Notes under the pieces: model-generated
What the model was told of the DNA's origin: nothing
The model's input: the letters and a program-made list of their open reading frames with translations, nothing else
Databases searched by the model: none
Assembly: GCF_002310835.1 (NCBI RefSeq)
Contig: NZ_CP011041.1
Location: 2,910,001 to 2,942,000 of the forward strand
Length of the DNA: 32,000 bases
Source: Pseudoalteromonas tetraodonis
GTDB lineage: Bacteria > Pseudomonadota > Gammaproteobacteria > Enterobacterales > Alteromonadaceae
Direction of reading: 5' to 3'
Program-made: the position numbers and the translations under genes
In this document: positions 1 through 6,455 of the stretch, one piece after another
How positions within the stretch are numbered: position 1 is the stretch's first letter
Layout of the letters: each line of letters opens with the position of its first letter

Positions 1-105
1 ATTACTATTACTGTTTGAGCCAGTACCTTGATATAAACTCAATGCTCCAGCACCAAGTGCTGCCCCAATGATGATGGCAATAATTGTTTTTGTATTCGTT
101 GACAT
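1..105 (-). CDS. 5' end (35 codons) of a membrane-anchored protein that runs off the window. Probably the periplasmic adaptor (membrane-fusion) subunit of a heavy-metal RND efflux pump
   Basis: The ATG at 105-103 overlaps the TAA stop of the upstream outer-membrane factor gene (TAATG), and GGAG lies 7 nt upstream. The translation is MSTNTKTIIAIIIGAALGAGALSLYQGTGSNSNSN: a short tail followed by one hydrophobic helix. The function is inferred only from the usual C-B-A operon order. Confidence 0.4.
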   Translation of the reverse strand, partial: MSTNTKTIIAIIIGAALGAGALSLYQGTGSNSNSN

Positions 106-1532
106 TATTTTTCTCCAAATTGCTGACTGGATAAGTGCTGATTAGTTTTGTGTGAAGTTTGCATCGACTTATGTTCAGCATTTGAGTTAGATTGAGAATG
201 CGCAAAGAAATAGTTGATACGAGCAACTGTTTTAAGTGCGTCAACATCAATTCTTAAAGCTGATATTCTGGTATTTAATTCGGCAATTCTTGCTCGAACA
301 ACTTCGGCAAAATCGCCATCATCATTTGTGTAGGCTGTCAATGACGCTTCTGCTTGGTCATGAGTTTGTTTAAGGAGTTGTTCTTGATAGATAGATTGTC
401 TATCTGATAAGCGTTTAAGCTGTCTTAGTTCTTTTTCTAAAACACTGATCATTTGCTTTGTCAGTAATAGTTTCTCGGTTTTAATAGTCTCTGAATCTGC
501 AATAGAAGCTGCAACTTGCTTATCTTGTCTGTTCTCGGTAAACAAGGGTAAATCAAACGTTACCCCAACAGAAAATAAATCAGCTCGGCTATCACCAGAG
601 GGCATATTGTCGCGATAGGCATAACTAGCATTAACACCCCATTGCGGCTCATATTGCTGTTTGGCTAACTCAATTCCTTTTTCTGAAGCTTTGCGTTTTA
701 TATCAATCGCAAGTATGGCTGGGTGATTCGAAAGCTCCTGAGCCAATAGATTTCTTGAGTAATTAGATGCTTTTAGGACTGTTGGATTATTCAATTGAAT
801 CGAAGGCAATTCTTTTGAGACGCTAAACTCTAATGGTTGCGCGTCAAAGTTGAATGATTCATTCAAACGATCCGCATCGTAAATATGAAGCCACTCATTG
901 AGACGAGCGATTGTCGTTTCTAGTTTCTGCTTTTGCGAAGTTAATCTGTCATCTAACTGCACGATTTCCAACTGAGCACGAATAACATCTTGCTGTCTAG
1001 TTTTACCAACAACGTTTGAATAGCTAGCTTTAGCCACTTCCGCCATCTGCTCAAAGAGAGACCAATCATCTTCAATCAATTTAATAGTTTGTTGGGCTAA
1101 GTAAGCATCTAACCAAAGTTGTGACACTTGGCTTTTCAACTTAGCTTTACGATCCTCTCGTAACAGTGGAAATTTCGTGGACTCAATTTGTAACTGGTCT
1201 TTCTTGATCTCTAGACTGTCGCCTCTCGGAAACATTTGAGAGACGCCAACCTTTAGCTGAGTCATTCCTTCCTGATCTAAATCCCAAGTATCTGTTGGTA
1301 AATTCATTATCCCTAGCGATACTTTCGGATCAGGCAAAGTACCTGAAGCAATACTTCTATTTTCAACTGCACTTTGTTTCAATCGGCTACCATGAAGCCA
1401 AGGATCATTTTGCTGAGCTAAGGTGATAGCTTGTTCAAGCGACACTACTTTCTCAGCTTGAGCTGAGAATACAGATAAGCCGAGTATTAATGCAGTTGAA
1501 AGTGAAGTAAGGTTTGAAGAGTTCAATTTCAT
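105..1532 (-). CDS. TolC-family outer-membrane efflux protein (CzcC/CusC-like heavy-metal efflux outer membrane factor)
   Basis: 475-aa ORF with a signal peptide (MKLNSS...SVFSAQA/EK). It shows the long coiled-coil-rich repeats typical of outer-membrane efflux proteins. Both ends are translationally coupled to neighbours by TAATG overlaps at 1532 and 105. It sits beside a DUF411 metal-binding gene. Confidence 0.8.
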   Translation of the reverse strand: MKLNSSNLTSLSTALILGLSVFSAQAEKVVSLEQAITLAQQNDPWLHGSRLKQSAVENRSIASGTLPDPKVSLGIMNLPTDTWDLDQEGMTQLKVGVSQMFPRGDSLEIKKDQLQIESTKFPLLREDRKAKLKSQVSQLWLDAYLAQQTIKLIEDDWSLFEQMAEVAKASYSNVVGKTRQQDVIRAQLEIVQLDDRLTSQKQKLETTIARLNEWLHIYDADRLNESFNFDAQPLEFSVSKELPSIQLNNPTVLKASNYSRNLLAQELSNHPAILAIDIKRKASEKGIELAKQQYEPQWGVNASYAYRDNMPSGDSRADLFSVGVTFDLPLFTENRQDKQVAASIADSETIKTEKLLLTKQMISVLEKELRQLKRLSDRQSIYQEQLLKQTHDQAEASLTAYTNDDGDFAEVVRARIAELNTRISALRIDVDALKTVARINYFFAHSQSNSNAEHKSMQTSHKTNQHLSSQQFGEK

Positions 1533-2029
1533 TAGAATTGCTCCTCGTATGTCTTAACTTTTGCATAGACTTTGCTCGTTCCATCTTTAAATAGAATTAA
1601 CACGTTGTATGGCATAAAGCGGTCATCGACTTCCATACCGGGAGAGCCAACTGGCATTGCTGGAACTGAAAGCCCAATCGCATTGGGATGTTCTTCTGAT
1701 AAGAACTGCTGAATAAATTTAGCAGGTATATGACCTTCAAAGGCAAATCCATTTCTACTCACTGCCGTGTGGCATGAACGGTAATTAGGTTTGATACCAT
1801 ACTTAGTTTTGATGTTGCCGATGTTTCGGAAATCTTTGGAATGCGCAACGATCCCTTTGTCTTCAATATGAGTTATCCATTTTTTACAACACCCACAAGT
1901 AGGGGTTTTATAAACGATTAACTCCAAAGGTGTTACGTCGTTATTGTGTGCATGGTTATGTTCGTTGGCGTTTGCAAACGCAGGTGAAAGCAGCATTACT
2001 ACTGCTATTTTTAAATACTTATTGATCAT
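1532..2029 (-). CDS. DUF411 (CopG-like) periplasmic metal-binding protein
   Basis: 165 aa with a signal peptide and a His-rich stretch (NEHNHAHN). It carries the family-typical motifs TCGCCKKW, SCHTA, EGHIPA and VPAMPVGSPGME. Its stop overlaps the start of the efflux outer-membrane factor gene. Confidence 0.8.
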   Translation of the reverse strand: MINKYLKIAVVMLLSPAFANANEHNHAHNNDVTPLELIVYKTPTCGCCKKWITHIEDKGIVAHSKDFRNIGNIKTKYGIKPNYRSCHTAVSRNGFAFEGHIPAKFIQQFLSEEHPNAIGLSVPAMPVGSPGMEVDDRFMPYNVLILFKDGTSKVYAKVKTYEEQF

Positions 2030-2136
2030 TTTTGCCCCCAGACATCGCTGGAAAATATCTATAGCGCTACGACGCTATATTGACTAACAGAAAAATTAAT
2101 TACATGTGCGAGAAATTTGGACGCACTAATCCTGTA

Positions 2137-2496
2137 TTAGGCAAAAATTGGTGGACGATAAAGGGAAGTGGAAATTGAATGAGGTTGTTTAGATTGCAGA
2201 GCAGCTACAGATTCACTGAATATTTGAATATCTGTCGAATCAATACTGGAATTTAGGACTGTCGTAGATGAGCAAGCATTTGCAGGACAAATACATTCAA
2301 CGTCACAACAATCTTCTGATTGACCATTACTGCTTTTATTCATATCACCATGATCCATGTTCATGTTCATGTTCATGTGTGATTCGTGAGAACCTGATGA
2401 CATTTCGCAAGGCATAGCAGAATACGCAAATGCTTGCCCTACAAAGGCAACCAGCATAAGCGTCATTACTAAGACTTTTGAAAATGCTTTAGACAT
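2137..2496 (-). CDS. Secreted Cys/His/Met-rich small protein, putative metal-binding (CopL-like; tentative)
   Basis: 119 aa with a signal peptide (MSKAFSKVLVMTLMLVAFVGQAFA). It contains an HESHMNMNMNMDHGDM Met/His tract, a CCDVECICPANAC Cys cluster and a C-terminal YRPPIFA. It lies in the metal-resistance context. The family name comes from memory and is not verified. Confidence 0.55.
   Translation of the reverse strand: MSKAFSKVLVMTLMLVAFVGQAFAYSAMPCEMSSGSHESHMNMNMNMDHGDMNKSSNGQSEDCCDVECICPANACSSTTVLNSSIDSTDIQIFSESVAALQSKQPHSISTSLYRPPIFA
2356..2378. repeat. Hexanucleotide tandem repeat (CATGTT) x3.8 inside the Cys/His/Met-rich gene
   Basis: Read directly as catgtt catgtt catgtt catgt. On the minus strand it encodes the in-frame MNMNMNM tract. 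Confidence 0.9.
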
Positions 2497-2524
2497 AAAA
2501 TTCTCTTACAAATATACATCTCTA

Positions 2525-2553
2525 ATACTAATGCAAATTTTTGACTAAGTCAA
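2525..2553 (-). promoter_or_regulatory. Putative sigma-70 promoter for the 2137-2496 gene
   Basis: The minus strand reads TTGACT, a 17-nt spacer, then TAGTAT, ending about 28 nt before the ATG. The -35 element lies inside the 13-bp palindrome TTGACTAAGTCAA (2541-2553). This is an AT-rich region, so the prediction is weak. Confidence 0.35.
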
Positions 2554-2675
2554 TTGATGCTGTATAAACATTTATGAATATTTGATTATCGTCAAATTTT
2601 TCAAAGAGGTAAGTGACAAATAATAATCTCATCAGACTTCTTATCTTCGCTATTCAATGGCTTTTATTTTGAGAC

Positions 2676-2945
2676 TTAAGTTGCTCTCTCATTTCTAAAA
2701 CTCGATCTGCCGAATAAGCTCCTGCTCTCATAACAACTCCCACTATGTGTGTATATTTCTAACTTATCCTCATCAGCAGATTTGCTAACAATCTTTGAAG
2801 TCACGATTTGCTGAAATGGCCGAAACCTGAATGTTTCATCTTCAATAACCCCCCCTGATAAAAACTCGCCAAGAAATATTTTTTCAAATTCTTTATAGTC
2901 GTAAACAGATACTATGTAGGCATCCTTTAAATATATTCTATCCAA
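2676..2945 (-). CDS. Hypothetical small protein, paralogue of the 105-aa protein upstream. It is apparently frameshifted near 2731; the corrected ORF would be 2654-2945, about 96 aa
   Basis: TTG start preceded by AAGGGA 5 nt upstream, 12 nt after the stop of the upstream gene. The N-terminus (RIYLKDAYIVSV) resembles the 105-aa protein (RVKLTNAKLISI). The motif matching the paralogue C-terminus is found only in a shifted frame. Confidence 0.55.
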   Translation of the reverse strand: MDRIYLKDAYIVSVYDYKEFEKIFLGEFLSGGVIEDETFRFRPFQQIVTSKIVSKSADEDKLEIYTHSGSCYESRSLFGRSSFRNERAT

Positions 2946-2957
2946 CGTATTCCCTTA

Positions 2958-3275
2958 CTAATAACTAGCCGGGAGCATATCTCGCAGCTCTAATAACTCA
3001 TTAGGAGAATACATACACTCATGCATTAAATTAAACTCAAATGCATTTACATCAAACTCTTTAGATTCAGCATCTAAGATATAAAAGTCAACACCAAAGC
3101 ACTTACTTTCTAGACCATTGATTTCCAAAACCTTTATCGTGAATAAAGCATCTCCTTCTTTACCATTTTCATTTTCGTCAGCAAATGTGCCGTAAAGCAC
3201 CCGTTCAACTTTTTCCTCTGTATCAGATTGAATTGAGATAAGTTTTGCGTTGGTTAGTTTTACTCTAGGTCTCAT
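2958..3275 (-). CDS. Hypothetical protein, 105 aa, no recognisable family
   Basis: The ATG is preceded by AAGGAG 7 nt upstream. An ATGA overlap (3272-3275) joins it to the stop of the 345-aa gene. It has a tandem paralogue immediately downstream. Confidence 0.75.
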   Translation of the reverse strand: MRPRVKLTNAKLISIQSDTEEKVERVLYGTFADENENGKEGDALFTIKVLEINGLESKCFGVDFYILDAESKEFDVNAFEFNLMHECMYSPNELLELRDMLPASY

Positions 3276-4309
3276 GCTTGAACTCCTTTCATATCTTCTA
3301 CAGAAAAAGGACGAAAAAAACTTAGATATTTAACCCCATCAACTTTAAGCAAATTGTTGTCAGCATCAAAATGTGACAGAACACTAGATTGATACAACGA
3401 AATGTATTTTTCATAATCGATTGTGTTAAAAAAGTTGGTATCAACGCGCCTCGCATAAAAAACAAGATCTTGCTGTTCGATACGAACAATGAACTTCTGA
3501 TCGCCATCTAGATTTTTGACTCGTAGACATAAATCAGGTTTGTGCCAATCAGATACAAAGGAAGGAATCAATGGGAAGCCATATACCAAATAGCGCATAC
3601 CTTCGATTTTGAAGGTTGTTGGATTGAACTGAGCCTTATTTACTTTGCCGCTACTGAATAATTCAAGTGTCAACACCAGCCAGTGCACATGCTTAGAAAA
3701 TGTATTTCCTTCAGAAATACAGCCTTCAAACTCACCATTATGGTTTACATGATTGATGTACATGTATTTTCTAATGTCATCCAAGGAAAGCTTTTCAAAC
3801 GGAAACTTGCAAGCGATTAGCCTGAAATAACAACCATGAACTTTTAAATCTGCATATTGAACTATCAACGGATCATCAAAGGCATCAAAGTATGGTCGCC
3901 ACTCTAAGCGGAAGTCTGCACCTGTATTTACAATAAACTTGGCATTTTCAGGCAACCCTAAAACTTGGTATATCACTGAAACTAACTCTAATGTTTCGAT
4001 ATCTACCAGCATCAGGCTTTCAATACGGTTTGCCATTGACTCAATTTCTTTATGAAGCGATTCAATAATTTCTTGATCATCGTATTCGTTGATCATTAAA
4101 TATTTCAGGGAATCGTGCTTTAGAATTGAGTCCAGCTTTTTCTTTTCAAATACTTCAGAGAGATATTTATGGGTATCAGAAAAATGAGGGCAGTTATAAA
4201 CACCTCTAGCCCACAGGCCTTGGGCGTAAAGATCAGGAAACTCTAATAACTCAGCAAACTCTTTTGCTTGTTTATTGAGCTTATTCTTTAATTGATAAAG
4301 TGAGATCAC
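3272..4309 (-). CDS. Hypothetical protein, 345 aa, no recognisable family. Its N-terminal module of about 35 aa is shared with the 120-aa protein at 4518-4880
   Basis: GTG start with GGAG 6 nt upstream. It is a long ORF in AT-rich DNA and is translationally coupled to the next gene. I see no transmembrane segment or signal peptide. Confidence 0.8.
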   Translation of the reverse strand: MISLYQLKNKLNKQAKEFAELLEFPDLYAQGLWARGVYNCPHFSDTHKYLSEVFEKKKLDSILKHDSLKYLMINEYDDQEIIESLHKEIESMANRIESLMLVDIETLELVSVIYQVLGLPENAKFIVNTGADFRLEWRPYFDAFDDPLIVQYADLKVHGCYFRLIACKFPFEKLSLDDIRKYMYINHVNHNGEFEGCISEGNTFSKHVHWLVLTLELFSSGKVNKAQFNPTTFKIEGMRYLVYGFPLIPSFVSDWHKPDLCLRVKNLDGDQKFIVRIEQQDLVFYARRVDTNFFNTIDYEKYISLYQSSVLSHFDADNNLLKVDGVKYLSFFRPFSVEDMKGVQA

Positions 4310-4470
4310 TTAGTTCTCCAAACAACTTTCCAATAAACAATGGCCTACCAACACATTGCTTTATTTATTGTTCAAATAACCAAATTTTTACGGATGCTCC
4401 GCTTCACTGTTCACGTTTTTCAAGGCGAAAAACATGTGTAGGTGTAGGCTGTCCGCACAACCTTTCACTC

Positions 4471-4498
4471 ATAATATCGCTAAATTTTTAAATGGCAA
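4471..4498 (-). promoter_or_regulatory. Putative sigma-70 promoter for the 345/105/96-aa operon
   Basis: The minus strand reads TTGCCA (4498-4493), a 16-nt spacer, then TATTAT (4476-4471). This would give a leader of about 155 nt before the GTG at 4309. Confidence 0.35.
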
Positions 4499-4517
4499 CT
4501 TACGGATTTGTACAAAA

Positions 4518-4880
4518 TCAGTCAGAAATTTTGGCTTTGAACTCATCAAAGCTAAGTCCGAAAAGGGATATGACTAATTCTTCATTTATATTGGAACCGG
4601 GAAATTTTTTTTCAAAATTTCCAATGATGCTATCTAGGTGGCTAGCTAATATTTTTACTAAAAATATTTCCGAGTTTGGTGAGAGAGCAGACAGTGCTAT
4701 CAATGGGTTGTCAAAGGATTCAGCTTTTATTTTTACTAGTAAATCGCTGTAACTGTTACAGTCATACAGACAAATAGCTAGGGCTTCTTGGGCTTGTCCA
4801 AGGGGAATAGTTAATAATTTAGATAATCGTTTTGCCTGCCTTTTTATATTTACTAGCAGGTCTTCTTTATTAAAAGACAT
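4518..4880 (-). CDS. Hypothetical protein, 120 aa, no recognisable family. Its N-terminal module is homologous to that of the 345-aa protein
   Basis: The track ORF is 4518-4916. I prefer the ATG at 4880 (MSFNKEDLL...) because it places the shared IKRQAKRLSKLL...YSD module at the same offset from the N-terminus as in the 345-aa protein. The Shine-Dalgarno sequence is only weak (GGTG). Confidence 0.7.
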   Translation of the reverse strand: MSFNKEDLLVNIKRQAKRLSKLLTIPLGQAQEALAICLYDCNSYSDLLVKIKAESFDNPLIALSALSPNSEIFLVKILASHLDSIIGNFEKKFPGSNINEELVISLFGLSFDEFKAKISD

Positions 4881-5002
4881 CAATACACCAAAAAACGGCA
4901 ACGCTAGGCCACGCACCTATGTCACTCAGTTTTTGTGAATATTTAATCTTTTAGTTCAGAGTAAATCCATTTCGTCCTGTTTTCGTGGGAACGGGCTTCT
5001 CT

Positions 5003-5028
5003 GAAAAGCCACTGCAAAAAGCAGTGGC
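5003..5028 (-). terminator. Rho-independent terminator of the PIN-PhoH gene
   Basis: The minus strand reads GCCACTGC TTTTT GCAGTGGC followed by TTTTC. It is a perfect 8-bp GC-rich stem, 45 nt after the stop at 5073. Confidence 0.75.
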
Positions 5029-5072
5029 TATTGTCGCAATATTATAAGGAAATGTGAATTGTAGTTTGATGC

Positions 5073-6455
5073 CTACATGTTCTTTTCAGTGAATTCAGCC
5101 AAGCTACTACGCTCTACTTCATCAAATATCAATACTGAGCCTTTTTCATAGTTTCTATACACGTTAACAGCCGCGCTAGCACCTGAAGATGCGGGTGTGA
5201 CAAACTTATCATCAATCTGGGCTAAGTTGCCCAACACGATTGTGCGACAATTTTTGCCACCACGGCTTAACATGCCCTTAATTTGCGCTCTAGTCATGTT
5301 TTGAGCTTCATCAATGATTAAAACAGCATCGTCTATTGAACGACCTCGGAAGTAAGCCATACTAGTAAATTCTATATTGGCTTTTTCGATCACATGCTCA
5401 ACAGTTGCACTAATATTACCTTCATTGTTATCACCTGAATGCATTGATATAAGCGCATCTGTTATACCTGCTAATAACGGCATTGATTTCTCTGTCAGGT
5501 CACCGGGTAAAAACCCCGGATCATCGTCCATAAAGTCTCTGGAGCGCACCACAACGATTTTTTTGTACTTTTTTAACTCCAATACTTGATGCAGCGCCGA
5601 AGCAACTGCTAAAAAAGTTTTTCCGGAGCCAGCAGGGCCAAGGATGATATTTAAGTCATAATATGGATCTGTTAATTGGCTTAAAGCTACTGCCTGACGC
5701 TGATTTTTAGGCAAAATGCCCCATACTTTTTCTTGTTTACGAGGCAATAACTTTGTGAATACCTCAGTATCTGTTACTTCTGAAATTCGCCCAATGTGTC
5801 CAGCTTCATCGTACCAATACATGTTTGGCTGAACTTCATCATTAAATAGACTTATTGGGAAAGTATAAACTTCTCCTGAAACCTTGAAGTCTTTGTCTGA
5901 TTTAATTCGATCAAAAAGATCTCCTTTAAAGGCTTGTACCCCTGTGTATAAAAGATCAATATCTGATATTTGATTATCTACGGCAACGTCTTCTGCCATG
6001 ACCCCTACGGTTCGAGCTTTCAAGCGCATATTAATGTCACGGCTAACAATTACTACGTCTTTATCTAAGTCCTTCTGAAGATACAGTGCATAGTTAATTA
6101 TTCTATTGTCAGCGTCACTTCCAATACCGTGCTTTAACTCTTTAGCCATATCGAGCTGGGTATCAATTCCAATAAACAGTTTTCCTCGTTTAGCTGTTTC
6201 AGTAGAAGGCAGTGGAATACCAGCTTCCATCTCTTCTGCACTGTGCCCATTGATTATATCTTCAAGCATACGAATACATACACGAGCATCAGCACTAACC
6301 GATTTGTTAGTTCTTTCTTTTAAGTTATCTAATTCTTCTAGAACTGTTAGACAGATGTAAATATCATCTTGATATGACAGGATACTTTTTGGATCATGAA
6401 CCAACGCAGACGTGTCAAGAACACGAGGGTTTCGGTTTTCAACAGAGCTTTTCAT
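5073..6455 (-). CDS. PIN-domain plus PhoH-like P-loop NTPase fusion (PhoH2/YlaK-type), full length
   Basis: PIN acidic residues lie in VLDTSAL, LEELD, DNRIIN and SRDINMRLKA. Walker A is GPAGSGKT and Walker B is LIIDEAQN. I prefer the ATG at 6455 (MKSSVENRN) because GGAGGG lies 7 nt upstream; the track start at 6470 is a less likely alternative. Confidence 0.9.
   Translation of the reverse strand: MKSSVENRNPRVLDTSALVHDPKSILSYQDDIYICLTVLEELDNLKERTNKSVSADARVCIRMLEDIINGHSAEEMEAGIPLPSTETAKRGKLFIGIDTQLDMAKELKHGIGSDADNRIINYALYLQKDLDKDVVIVSRDINMRLKARTVGVMAEDVAVDNQISDIDLLYTGVQAFKGDLFDRIKSDKDFKVSGEVYTFPISLFNDEVQPNMYWYDEAGHIGRISEVTDTEVFTKLLPRKQEKVWGILPKNQRQAVALSQLTDPYYDLNIILGPAGSGKTFLAVASALHQVLELKKYKKIVVVRSRDFMDDDPGFLPGDLTEKSMPLLAGITDALISMHSGDNNEGNISATVEHVIEKANIEFTSMAYFRGRSIDDAVLIIDEAQNMTRAQIKGMLSRGGKNCRTIVLGNLAQIDDKFVTPASSGASAAVNVYRNYEKGSVLIFDEVERSSLAEFTEKNM

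Noticed and set aside
8-250. 80-aa minus-strand ORF at the left edge
   Set aside because: It overlaps the 3' end of the TolC-family gene and the start of the adaptor gene in a different frame. It has no ribosome-binding site. The in-frame coupled ATG at 105 explains this region better.
3683-3751. His-rich stretch INHVNHNGEFEGCISEGNTFSKHVHW in the 345-aa protein, considered as a possible HNH/His-Me nuclease motif
   Set aside because: The spacing and flanking residues do not convincingly fit the HNH signature. No Cys4 zinc pairs or conserved Asn context can be established by eye. It needs profile or structure searches.
4300-4752. Two plus-strand ORFs (63 aa and 86 aa) in and next to the 120-aa gene
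   Set aside because: The first covers the leader/promoter region and has non-protein-like composition. The second is antisense to the 120-aa gene, whose reality is supported by its homology to the 345-aa protein N-terminus.
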